64,000 nucleotides of DNA, taken from NCBI GenBank assembly GCA_965202665.1, contig OZ241841.1, positions 453,743 to 517,742 on the forward strand, in the 5' to 3' direction. Below are positions 56,301 through 64,000 of this stretch, in pieces. The position numbers and the translations under genes were made by a program. Position 1 is the stretch's first letter. Every line of letters starts with the position of its first letter. This DNA comes from Candidatus Spongiisociaceae bacterium (lineage in GTDB: Bacteria; Actinomycetota; Acidimicrobiia; Spongiisociales; Spongiisociaceae). The notes below the pieces were generated by a model. The model was not told the DNA's origin and searched no databases. It was given only the letters and a program-made list of their open reading frames with translations.

Positions 56301-59300
56301 CCTCCGCGGTCACGCGTACTTGCAGAGCGGATCCTATATCGTTGCTGGTAGCAGTCGTGAACGCGGCTCGTACCCGCACCGCAACCGTCTCTCCCTCCGA
56401 CAAAGTTTTCTGATTCCCGCTTTCCACGCCGTCAGTATCCGCCGTCAGGGTCACTTCTAGATCATCGTCTGTGATAACCAGCGTCGTTCCGCTAACCGCA
56501 AACCCCCCAGCGGTACCGTCGATGTCAATACTCTCCGCGTCCTCCGCGATGGTGTCCCCCGTAATCAGCAAACCGCTCAACGCAACGGCGGAGCTGGTGG
56601 TGGCGGAGGCTGGGATGGTCACCGTGATCGCGGTGCCCGGGGCGGTGAAATCCGCCGCCTCCGCGTTCTCACCCGCCCCGAACGACAAGGTTACGTCGGT
56701 GGCCTGGGCGAGCGAGGAACTGGACGCCCCCGCAAAAGAGGCGGTAACAGTCACGGCTCCGGCGTTGGCGTCTCTTTCATCCACCGTGGACTGACTGAGG
56801 GCCAAAGTGATCGTCTCCAGGATCGACAAATCAGCGACCGCGGGCAGATACCCGCCGGTAGCGGAAGCGGTGAAACGAATAGTTTCCGCCCCCTCAATCG
56901 TCCCATCATCGCGGGGAGTGAGTACGACATCCGCCGTCCCACTGGTTTGGCCGCTAGCGATGGTGATAGTCGCCGTGCTACTCCCGCGGGTGTAATCCCC
57001 AGTCGCTCCCAAAGCGGCGGTTCCGCCCGCAGCCCCTACATTTACAGTCACCGTGGCTGACGACGAAGCGGCTGCGCCGAGGGTGGCTTTCACCCGCACC
57101 GTCTGCGCCCCCCCATCCTCGGTAATCCCCGACAAGGCCGGAGCGGCGCTGGTCGGCTCATGGAAAGACAAAGTAACCGCCCGACCCGGATCGAAAACAC
57201 CCATCTGAGCGGACGCCACCTGACCTATAGAAGTAGAACCAGTCAGTTTCAAATACTCGATACCCTCAGTGTCATCCCCATCGGCGCGGGCCCGCAGCTG
57301 AAAAGAACCCGAACCGCTGACATCCCCGGCGGGGATGCTGACCGTGAACTGATTGTTCGTCTGGTTAGTGCACACATCCGCTGTCATCGTCATCGTAGAA
57401 CATACCGCGGTATGCACCGTCGCGCCGCTGGTGTCCGCCGACCCAACCGTTACCGTCACCGGAGTAGCCGCCGACAACACCGAAGTAGCCCCCTGAAAAC
57501 GGGCCGTTACCACTATCTGATGATCCGCCGTCCGTTCCACCACCTCCGCCGGCGACGCCGACAAAGACACATCCACATCATCATCAACGATAGTTATCGT
57601 CTCCGCAACCACCGTCCCGCCTGTCGCGGTACCGGTGATGAGAAAAGTCTCCGCTCCCTCCGCTACCGTGTCATCCGCCACCGACAGGCCGGTGAGATTC
57701 ACCCAGCCGCTTTGCAGGGCGGTTCCGACGGGCATAGTCACCGTCGCAGTCGTGCCGGGGGCGGTGAAATCAACACCCCCGCTGGTCGCCGACACCGGAG
57801 AACCCTCCTCCGCGGTCACCTGAACCGTATACGCGGCGGTCAAGTCGTTGGTAGTAGCTGATGTGAACCGGGCCCGTACCCGTACCGCCGCCGCCTCACC
57901 CTCCGGCAGGGTTTGCTGCTCCCCGTTCGTGCCGCTATCGGTGTCCGCCGTTAACGTAACCCCCAGATCATCGTCGTTTATGGTCAGCTCCGTTCCGCTC
58001 ACCACAAACCCATCCGCCGTCCCCTCAACATCGATTTTCTCCTCCCCCTCCGCGATCGAATCAGACGTAATCAGCAAACCGGTCAGAGCGGTAGCGGAAC
58101 TGGAGGTGGAAGAAGCCGGAATACTCACCGTGATCGCGGTGCCGGGAGCGGTGAAATCCAACGTCTCCGCGTTCTCGCCCGCCCCGAACGACAACGTAAC
58201 AACCGTCGCCCCCGTCAACATCGAAGTAGCAGCCCCCGCGAACGCGGCCGTCACCGTGGCCGCCCCCGCGTTCGTCGCGCTCTCGCCTATTGACGGCTGG
58301 CTGAGGGTCAACGTAATCTCTTCGGTGATTTTCAAATCCGCGGGGAACACGGCAAACCCGGCGGCGGAACCGGTGAACTGAACCGTTTCCTCCCCCTCCG
58401 CCACCGTATCCGACAAAGGAGTAATAGTCACATCCGCCGTCCCGGAAGTCTCACCCGACGCAATCGTCACATCCACCGTCGCCGCCCCCCGATCGTAGTC
58501 GCCGCTTGCGCAAGACCGGGACTGTCCGCTACCCGTGCATGTCCCCAAAGTCGCCGTACCCCCCGCCGCCCCCACATTCACGCTAATCGTCGTATCCGAG
58601 GTCACCGCCGCTCCCGCCGTAGCCTTCACCCGCACCGTCTCCGCCCCCCCACCCTCCGCTATCCCCGCCAGCGCCGCCTCGCCCGCCGTCGCTTCATGCA
58701 ACGACAGATCCACCCGCGTCCCCACATCCACAATCGGCAAATCCACCGACTCCACCGTCACCGCCGTCCCGCCCACCGACGCCGAACCCGACAGCGTCAG
58801 CTTCTCCCCCGACTCGCTCGTACTATCATCAGGAACCGTCACCATAAACGTGCCGGTCCCCGACGTCGCACCCGCCGGAATAGACACCGTCATCTGATTA
58901 TTAGTCAAACTAGTACAAGCATCGTTCGTATTCGCCGGACACCCCAAAGAAGCCCCACCCGACCCCGCCACCGACACCGTCACATTTGTAGCAGTCGTCA
59001 GAATCGACGACGAACCCTTAAACCGGGCGGTCACCGTAACCTGCTGCGACCCCGCCTGCTCATCCACCGACGACGGAGACACCTCCAACTCAATATCAGC
59101 ATCGTTGTCATATATCGTCAACGTGTCCGCCGTAGCGGTTCCCAAAGCCGACGACCCACCCACCTCAAAAGTTTCCGGTCCCTCCACAATCGTATCATCG
59201 GTGATCGTCAAACCAGCCAACGTAGCCGAACCCGAAGCAGTGATACTCCGAGCCGGGAAAGAAATCGTATTCGCCATCGACGGAGCATACGAAAAATCAG

Positions 59301-60504
59301 CCGCAGTCGCCTTCCCCGCCCCCGCCGGAGTCTCCGCCGCCGCCGACAACGTCACCGTCGTCACCGAAGAAATTTGCGACGACGTCGCGTTCGGAAAACT
59401 AGCCGACACCGACACCCCCGAACCGGAATCCCCCTCCGTCAACACATCCTGATCCCCTATAGCCTCACTATCGGTATCCACCGTCAAACCCACCTGACTA
59501 TTAGCATCCTTAATCGTAACCGGAGCCCTTAACACCGTCCAACCTGACGGGACGGATTGCAACCCAACATAAAAAACCTCATCCGACTCCGCCGCCTCAT
59601 CCCTCATAACTAGTGAAAAGAAAAAAACAAGAGGGCTATCTACGCCGTGAAAACTCCCAGAAACCTGACCGGCGGTTATCCTCGCACCAATAGGATCATC
59701 ATTGTTACTATTATGGGATGAAACGACATCCGCAGGAAAATCATCATTTGAATTGACCGACTGCAGATGGGTAGCGGTTCCCGCCTCTGTCACTATTCGC
59801 ATAAGCCTCGTATCTCCCCTCTGTTGGTACGCTAAATCTTGGCCGTACGTTGAAGAAGTAGAAGCAGTGAACACACCACCCTTCACCCCACCCACCACAA
59901 CCGATGGCCCAGGTCTATGTAGAAAACCATGAGCACGGTTATCACCGGCTGGCGTAACCTGATCCTCCCGCAACACATCCCGCGATAAGTTCACCTTAAT
60001 CACCCGGTCCTGATCGGTAATCCTCAAAGTAGCCGGAGTTACCGTATACCCAGAAGCGGAACCGGAAAAAATGATGGTCTCATGCTCCTCCGTAATCCTA
60101 TCCGACCGCAGTTCAATCGTAAAATTAGTAGACGTAACACTTGTTTGATTCCTATGAATAGTTAAATTCCAAGGCTCATTAGCACAGTAATCACCAGAAT
60201 TGCAAACAAGCCTCGGAGGACGGTGCCGATCATACGCATTCAAATTTACACGCACTCCTTCAGTGGCAGTACCGGATAACGCCCTGATGCTAATCCGCAA
60301 ATTGGAGGACGGCGCCGAAGCCACCGACGCCCTCAACCGCACAACCTTCGAACCGCTATCCTCCCCCAGCGTGGTCACCGCGTTACCCGAAGGATCAACC
60401 ACACTGAACGTAATCGCCGTCGCCGCCCCCACCACCGCAGGCACGGCCGGCAACACCGACAGGACCAAACCCGTCGCCAACGCCAACAGCCCCAGCCGTC
60501 GCAT
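53365..60504 (-). CDS. Giant SLH-anchored cell-surface protein, paralog E
   Basis: ORF 53365..60507. The start is the ATG at 60504 (MRRLGLLALATGLVLSVLPAVPAVVGAATA). It has Calx-beta-like repeats, a short Gly linker and three SLH domains. Confidence 0.85.
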   Translation of the reverse strand: MRRLGLLALATGLVLSVLPAVPAVVGAATAITFSVVDPSGNAVTTLGEDSGSKVVRLRASVASAPSSNLRISIRALSGTATEGVRVNLNAYDRHRPPRLVCNSGDYCANEPWNLTIHRNQTSVTSTNFTIELRSDRITEEHETIIFSGSASGYTVTPATLRITDQDRVIKVNLSRDVLREDQVTPAGDNRAHGFLHRPGPSVVVGGVKGGVFTASTSSTYGQDLAYQQRGDTRLMRIVTEAGTATHLQSVNSNDDFPADVVSSHNSNNDDPIGARITAGQVSGSFHGVDSPLVFFFSLVMRDEAAESDEVFYVGLQSVPSGWTVLRAPVTIKDANSQVGLTVDTDSEAIGDQDVLTEGDSGSGVSVSASFPNATSSQISSVTTVTLSAAAETPAGAGKATAADFSYAPSMANTISFPARSITASGSATLAGLTITDDTIVEGPETFEVGGSSALGTATADTLTIYDNDADIELEVSPSSVDEQAGSQQVTVTARFKGSSSILTTATNVTVSVAGSGGASLGCPANTNDACTSLTNNQMTVSIPAGATSGTGTFMVTVPDDSTSESGEKLTLSGSASVGGTAVTVESVDLPIVDVGTRVDLSLHEATAGEAALAGIAEGGGAETVRVKATAGAAVTSDTTISVNVGAAGGTATLGTCTGSGQSRSCASGDYDRGAATVDVTIASGETSGTADVTITPLSDTVAEGEETVQFTGSAAGFAVFPADLKITEEITLTLSQPSIGESATNAGAATVTAAFAGAATSMLTGATVVTLSFGAGENAETLDFTAPGTAITVSIPASSTSSSATALTGLLITSDSIAEGEEKIDVEGTADGFVVSGTELTINDDDLGVTLTADTDSGTNGEQQTLPEGEAAAVRVRARFTSATTNDLTAAYTVQVTAEEGSPVSATSGGVDFTAPGTTATVTMPVGTALQSGWVNLTGLSVADDTVAEGAETFLITGTATGGTVVAETITIVDDDVDVSLSASPAEVVERTADHQIVVTARFQGATSVLSAATPVTVTVGSADTSGATVHTAVCSTMTMTADVCTNQTNNQFTVSIPAGDVSGSGSFQLRARADGDDTEGIEYLKLTGSTSIGQVASAQMGVFDPGRAVTLSFHEPTSAAPALSGITEDGGAQTVRVKATLGAAASSSATVTVNVGAAGGTAALGATGDYTRGSSTATITIASGQTSGTADVVLTPRDDGTIEGAETIRFTASATGGYLPAVADLSILETITLALSQSTVDERDANAGAVTVTASFAGASSSSLAQATDVTLSFGAGENAEAADFTAPGTAITVTIPASATTSSAVALSGLLITGDTIAEDAESIDIDGTAGGFAVSGTTLVITDDDLEVTLTADTDGVESGNQKTLSEGETVAVRVRAAFTTATSNDIGSALQVRVTAEALSPASAEAGGIDFTPPATPVTVSIPAGQTQSAWTNLTGLLVTDDAVTELAETFRIAGTSVNSGVGITPDTLTIGASDTALEVTASPGRVTESTDAHNITVTAGFAGATSSALATNTDVTVTVAAGDSNGATVATACSPSMTEDVCTDQTGNSFTIRIPAGQHHHTGSFQLTARVDTDAETTAETVKISGSATVAGTAASDSTTINIADSGIRLVLTNPSSNSAVSALAENSGTTTVRVTATLPVNAPTGGVVVGLEIDEDSTATADSNRVWTNREDYRVAWPSKPSGTPSGYNTGITIAAGTKTGYVDIDITVNDDNVDEPTRRIIIDGSHVTINNVDYHTVAAALTINDNDGPPTAVTLTLHSTRADSSGEHLTEAHENEETRVRVVATFQGTATRSAATFVPIVVGKTGEATEGTDYQTVADFNVEIPGYQNSGTDTFLLKTDGTYNDNNFEGPETLTVAGGTLAGFTIAQDTLTLIDDDLTVTLTLTPNQGTEGDTNTSVTLQAAYPTGETLPNPHTITLALGGTATAGADYTAPALTPLTILANQNSVTRTLSLPITDDSIDEPDETVQITGTSAGITITPATFTIKDNDDPPTGITLTTSPSGLDEGANNRQITITARLDGSTTRSETTSVAITIPGPDSTTTPADYQITNQPTTITIRPATQTGTATFNITIPNTDGPEPNETLQINGTLAGFTITPAVLTIRNSAPPPPPPPPPTTTPNPPTGGGGGGGGAPPPAAPPPAAGGGGGGAPPPAAGGGAPPPAGPAAPAPPPPAPVACQGRFCDDDGSVHEPNIALMAEWGITIGCDANDPTKYCPSAQITRRQMATFIYRAVNPRWPIQIPTGVTINDVPADASYRPYANWLVSIGAFQLDDGNFNPRGIVTRADMAVMMVAAFPHIQAVSESQNLFADTANLDAAVVRAIEGIAESEVTRGCTTTPPLRYCPNNPVTRAQMASFFVRVINQAPTTTEESG

Positions 60505-60561
60505 CACCCAACCTCCATCCTTCGCTTCCGGCCCAACCCGTATCAGGACCGACTACGAGAA

Positions 60562-60590
60562 ACGCTACCCCCCCCCCCCAATTTGTCAAA
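60562..60590 (-). promoter_or_regulatory. Promoter-like element of paralog E: TTGACA-aatt-G13-TAGCGT (17-bp spacer)
   Basis: The + strand reads acgcta C13 aatt tgtcaa. Confidence 0.5.
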
Positions 60591-60632
60591 TCAAGCCCCC
60601 CGCGCCAACCGGTCGCGTGGAGGGAGGGGCCG

Positions 60633-61664
60633 TTATCCGTCCAGCTGGGTTAGGGCGGCTTGGGCCAGGCGGGGCACGGCGGCGGCCAGGGCGGGCAAAT
60701 CCGCTTCCCCGGCGTCGCCTCGGGCGCCGTGCCGGTAGCGGGAAAAGACTCCTTCCAGGATGGCGCCCAGACGCCAGTACTGGAAAGCCCGGTAAAAGCC
60801 GATGCCGGACAGGTCGTTGCCGGCGGCCCGGGCGTAACGGGACAGCATTTCCCCCCGGTCGGGAAACCCGTCCAGTTTGGTGACCGGCTCCACCCACAGG
60901 GCCTCTTCGTCCGGCCCCGCCCAGTCGTTGGCCAGATATCCGACATCGGCCAGCGGATCCCCCAACGTGCACAACTCCCAATCCACCACCGCCCGCACCC
61001 GGCCCCCGGCGATGATCAAATTCCCCCACCGGAAGTCGCCGTGCACGATGGAGGACCGCTCCTGGCGGGGGATGCGGGATTCCAACCGGGCCCGGGCTTC
61101 CTCCATCTCCGGGATTTCCCGCTGTTTGACGGCCTCCCACTGCCGGGCCCAGCGGCGAATCTGACGGGCGACGTAGTCCTCCCGCCGGCCCAACTCCCCT
61201 AAACCGACCTCCTCCGGGGACAACGCGTGCAAAGCGGCCAAAGCATCCACCGCGCTTTCCGCCGCCGCCCGCCGCTCCCCCGGCGGAATCTCCGCCCCCG
61301 CCCCGATGTCGTGGGGGACCGCCCCCTCCACGAACCCCATCACATAGAAGGGGGCGCCGTTCACCTCCGGTTCCTCGCACAACCCCAAGGCGGGGGGGAC
61401 GGGAACCCCGGTTCCCCCCAAGGCGGCGATCACCCGGAACTCCCGCACCATGTCGTGGGCGGTGGCCAGCACCCGGCTGAGGGGCGGGCGGCGCAGGGCC
61501 AAATCGGAGCCGTCGGCCCCGGTCACCCGGTAGGTAAGGTTGGAGTTGCCCCCGGGGATCACCTGGAAGCGGAAAGGCGGGCGGGCCCCGGCGATGTTGG
61601 CTTCCAGCCAAGCGCTCACCGCCCCGTGATCGACTCCCGGAACTTTCCTCCCGTCTCGTTCCAT
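60633..61664 (-). CDS. Phosphotransferase enzyme family protein (APH/ChoK-like kinase fold)
   Basis: ORF 60633..62330. The real start is the ATG at 61664 (MERDGRK...) after GAAGG. The Brenner/catalytic loop is IVHGDFRWGNLII and the Mg-binding motif is DWELCTLGDP. The N-terminal extension in the ORF track overlaps the neighbouring gene and is spurious. Confidence 0.7.
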   Translation of the reverse strand: MERDGRKVPGVDHGAVSAWLEANIAGARPPFRFQVIPGGNSNLTYRVTGADGSDLALRRPPLSRVLATAHDMVREFRVIAALGGTGVPVPPALGLCEEPEVNGAPFYVMGFVEGAVPHDIGAGAEIPPGERRAAAESAVDALAALHALSPEEVGLGELGRREDYVARQIRRWARQWEAVKQREIPEMEEARARLESRIPRQERSSIVHGDFRWGNLIIAGGRVRAVVDWELCTLGDPLADVGYLANDWAGPDEEALWVEPVTKLDGFPDRGEMLSRYARAAGNDLSGIGFYRAFQYWRLGAILEGVFSRYRHGARGDAGEADLPALAAAVPRLAQAALTQLDG

Positions 61665-61693
61665 ACCTTCAAGAATAGGGGCCCCGGGCCGGG

Positions 61694-62347
61694 TCAGGCC
61701 CCGGTCGCCGGACGGGGCGCGCCGTCCCCGCTTCGGCGGCCCTCCCCGATTTCCCCCATGTCGAACATGTCCAAGAAGAAATGCACCAGCGGGCCGATCA
61801 GGACCGCGAACGCCAATGTCCCCCATCCCACCGAGCCGCCCAACAGCCAACCGAATCCCAGAACGGCCGCCTCGATCAGGAACCGGGAGAGGCGGATGGA
61901 AAGGCCGCGGGCAGCCAAGCCGGTCATCAGGCCGTCGCGGGGCCCGGTTCCCAGGCGCACCCCGATGTAGAGGCCGGAGCCGACCGCCATGATGAACACG
62001 CCCCCCAGGAACACCGTCCAGCGCAGCGCCCAGCCGGATGGTTCCCCCACCGCCCACAGCACCACGTCGATGATCAGGCCCACCGCCACCACGTTGGCCA
62101 CCGTCCCCCAGCCGATCCGTTGCCGGAGGGGAATCCACATCAGCAGCACCGCCCCGCCCACCAGGATGGCCGTTGCCCCGAAGGTGAGGGGCGTGCGCCG
62201 GGCCAGGCCCTGATGCAACACGTCCCAGGGGGACAGGCCCAGGCCGGCTTCCACCTGCAGGGCGATCCCCGAGCCGAACAGCGCCAGGCCGACCGCCAGC
62301 CGGGGCAGCCGCCGCCGCGCCTCCCGCCAATAATCGCGGCGGTTCAA
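61694..62347 (-). CDS. YczE/YitT-like small integral membrane protein
   Basis: 217 aa, multi-TM. GLGLSPWDVLHQGL is typical of the YczE family. The start is uncertain (TTG at 62347 in the ORF track). Confidence 0.5.
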   Translation of the reverse strand: MNRRDYWREARRRLPRLAVGLALFGSGIALQVEAGLGLSPWDVLHQGLARRTPLTFGATAILVGGAVLLMWIPLRQRIGWGTVANVVAVGLIIDVVLWAVGEPSGWALRWTVFLGGVFIMAVGSGLYIGVRLGTGPRDGLMTGLAARGLSIRLSRFLIEAAVLGFGWLLGGSVGWGTLAFAVLIGPLVHFFLDMFDMGEIGEGRRSGDGAPRPATGA

Positions 62348-62400
62348 GGCCCGGACCGGCGGCGGCGCGGGGCGGGAAAAAGGAAAATCAGGGAGGCCGT

Positions 62401-63420
62401 TCAGGCGGGGGAGGGAAGGGCCGCCATCTTCTCAATCAGATCCACCACCCGGTTGGAGTATCCCCATTCGTTGTCGTACCAGGAGATCACTTTCACCAGG
62501 TTGCCCCCCAGGACTTCGACGGCGGCGGCGTCGAAGATGCTGGAATGGGCGTTGCCGATGATGTCGGAGGAAACCAGCGGTTCGTCGCAGAACTCCAAGA
62601 TGTCCGACATCGGCCCAGCCGCCGCCCGGCGCACCGCTTCCCGCACCTCCTCGGCGTCCACCTCCCGGGAAACTTCCACCACCAGATCCACCAACGAGCC
62701 GTCCGGCACCGGCACCCGCATGGCCAGCCCGTCCAGACGGCCGTTCAACTCGGGGAGCACCTTGCCCACCGCCTTGGCGGCCCCGGTGGTGGTGGGGATG
62801 ATGTTCTCGGTGGCGGCCCGCGAACGGCGGAAGTCCTGGTGGGGGACGTCGGCCAGCCGCTGGTCGTTGGTGTAGGCGTGGACGGTGGTCATCACCCCCC
62901 GCTCAATCCCGAACTCGTCGTGCAGCACTTTGGCCAGCGGGGCCAGGCAGTTGGTGGTGCAGGAGGCGTTGGACACGATGCGGGCGGAGCCGTCCAAATC
63001 CCCGTCGTTCACCCCCAGCACGATGGTGGCGTCTATCTCGTCTTTGGCGGGGACGGTCAGCAGCACCCGCCCGGCCCCCGCCGCCAAATGCTTCTCCAAG
63101 TCGGCCCGGGTGGTGAAAACCCCGGTGGATTCCACCGCCACGTCCACCCCCAGTTCGGCCCAGGGCAGGTCCGCCGGGTCCCGTTCCCGCAACATGCGGA
63201 TGTGATGGCCGCCCACGGTCATCACCCCTTCGCCCACCGTTATCCGGCGATCCAGGGTTCCCATCACCGAATCGCGGCGCAACAGGTAGGCCAGCAGGTC
63301 GTTGTCGGCCAAGTCGTTGACCGCTACCACGTTGATGGGGGCGTCCGGCCGTTCCAAGACGATGCGCAACACCGCCCGGCCGATGCGGCCGAACCCGTTG
63401 ATGGCCACCCGGGCGGTCAT
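62401..63420 (-). CDS. gap: Type I glyceraldehyde-3-phosphate dehydrogenase
   Basis: 339 aa, with INGFGRIGR, the SNASCTTNCLAP catalytic Cys loop, and WYDNEWGYS. Confidence 0.9.
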   Translation of the reverse strand: MTARVAINGFGRIGRAVLRIVLERPDAPINVVAVNDLADNDLLAYLLRRDSVMGTLDRRITVGEGVMTVGGHHIRMLRERDPADLPWAELGVDVAVESTGVFTTRADLEKHLAAGAGRVLLTVPAKDEIDATIVLGVNDGDLDGSARIVSNASCTTNCLAPLAKVLHDEFGIERGVMTTVHAYTNDQRLADVPHQDFRRSRAATENIIPTTTGAAKAVGKVLPELNGRLDGLAMRVPVPDGSLVDLVVEVSREVDAEEVREAVRRAAAGPMSDILEFCDEPLVSSDIIGNAHSSIFDAAAVEVLGGNLVKVISWYDNEWGYSNRVVDLIEKMAALPSPA

Positions 63421-64000
63421 GGCTTCCCCTCCTCCCCCAAATATTGTTTGATGAGTTCCACGATGCGGGCCGCGTACCCCCAGCCGGTGTCGAACCAGAC
63501 CACCGTTTTGAGGAGGGTCCCCCCCACCACCATGGCGGCCAGGCTGTCGTACAGCCCGGAGAAGGCGGAACCCCGCACATCGCTGGACACGATCGGGTCG
63601 TCGGTGAACCCGAGAATCCCCGGATAGCGGTCGGTGGCCGCCACCCGCACCGCCTCGTTTACCTCTTCCGCCGAGGCCGGGGCCGCCAAGCGGGTGACCG
63701 CGTCCACCGTGGAACCGTCGTCCACCGGAACGTTGAGGGACAGGGAGGATATCCGCCCCCGCAGGTCGGGGAAAACGGAGGCCAGAATGTCGCAGGAGTT
63801 GCTTTCGGCGGGGATGATGTTCTCCCCCGCCGCCCGGCTGGTGCGGAAACCCCCGCTGGGCACGTCCCCCAGGCGGGCGTTGTTGGTGTAAGCGTGGACG
63901 GTGGTGAAAAACATCCGCTCCATTTGAAAATGTTCGTTCAGTATTTCCACCAGCGGGGCCATGGCGTTGGAAGTGTTGGAACCCATGGCCACCACCGGCG
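63417..64000 (-). CDS. GAPDH-like paralog (C-terminal catalytic-domain fold). The catalytic Cys is replaced (SNTSNAMAPL). The N-terminus lies beyond the window.
   Basis: Over the whole C-domain it aligns with the downstream gap gene (TTVHAYT..., ...WFDTGWGYAARIVELI), but the Cys loop SNASCTTNCLAPL is replaced by SNTS-NAMAPL. Its stop overlaps the gap start (TCATGG). Confidence 0.7.
   Translation of the reverse strand, partial: PVVAMGSNTSNAMAPLVEILNEHFQMERMFFTTVHAYTNNARLGDVPSGGFRTSRAAGENIIPAESNSCDILASVFPDLRGRISSLSLNVPVDDGSTVDAVTRLAAPASAEEVNEAVRVAATDRYPGILGFTDDPIVSSDVRGSAFSGLYDSLAAMVVGGTLLKTVVWFDTGWGYAARIVELIKQYLGEEGKP

Noticed and set aside
25814-60589. Dozens of 60-490-aa + strand ORFs inside the giant genes (for example 47629..49092, 55000..56460, 44151..45065)
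   Set aside because: These are shadow ORFs antisense to the long minus-strand CDSs. Their products are low-complexity R/P/G-rich and lack start context. The minus-strand reading frames are continuous for ~7 kb each with coherent domain repeats.
61665-62330. N-terminal 220-aa extension of the phosphotransferase ORF 60633..62330
   Set aside because: It overlaps the YczE-like membrane protein gene. Kinase homology and a good RBS begin at MERDGRK (61664).

Overview
This is a high-GC (~68-70%) bacterial window with GGAGG-type ribosome-binding sites. Two unusual contingency-locus-like regions stand out against otherwise ordinary metabolic genes.

(1) Positions 3.1-11.5 kb hold three tandem, co-directional paralogs of a large DNA methyltransferase, all on the minus strand. 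I recognise the N-terminal domain as the DUF1156 family ([39 protein letters not shown]), followed by motif I DPFCGGGT and motif IV DPPY. No recognisable restriction, ATPase or other partner gene is present in the window. The inter-domain linker carries a simple-sequence repeat at exactly the same place in two copies. Copy 3 has (GTGTT)12 in frame, encoding (QHNTT)4. Copy 1 has (GT)12, which leaves the gene one repeat unit out of frame, so it is split into ORFs 5568..5948 and 3158..5536. Copy 2 has no repeat there. The N- and C-terminal ends are nearly identical between copies, while the central ~450 aa diverge. A relic 3' end of a fourth copy and ~70-bp degenerate tandem repeats lie just downstream.

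(2) Positions 25.8-60.6 kb hold five tandem minus-strand paralogs of giant secreted proteins (1870-2400 aa). Each has a signal peptide, long arrays of Calx-beta-like ~100-aa repeats, a poly-Gly/Pro linker of variable length, and three C-terminal SLH (S-layer homology) domains. Each gene is preceded by the same promoter-like element: TTGACA, then aatt, then a poly-G tract, then TAGCGT. The poly-G tract (poly-C on the + strand) is 12, 11, 13, 11 and 13 nt in the five copies. This places the -35/-10 spacer at 15-17 bp and would be expected to vary with tract length. That is the classic architecture of transcriptional phase variation.

Other genes in the window:
- partial tatD, an abrB-like regulator, and a DUF222/HNH endonuclease
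- rsmI plus a lipoprotein
- a B12-binding radical SAM protein
- an AT-rich Thr-rich surface protein gene with an apparent frameshift
- a hydroxyproline-catabolism-like cluster (phosphohexomutase, proline-racemase family, FAD dehydrogenase, DapA-like)
- an M50 protease, an RHH protein and a PP2C-like protein
- an APH-like phosphotransferase and a YczE-like membrane protein
- gap, plus an upstream GAPDH-like paralog that lacks the catalytic cysteine

No rRNA, tRNA or CRISPR was found.
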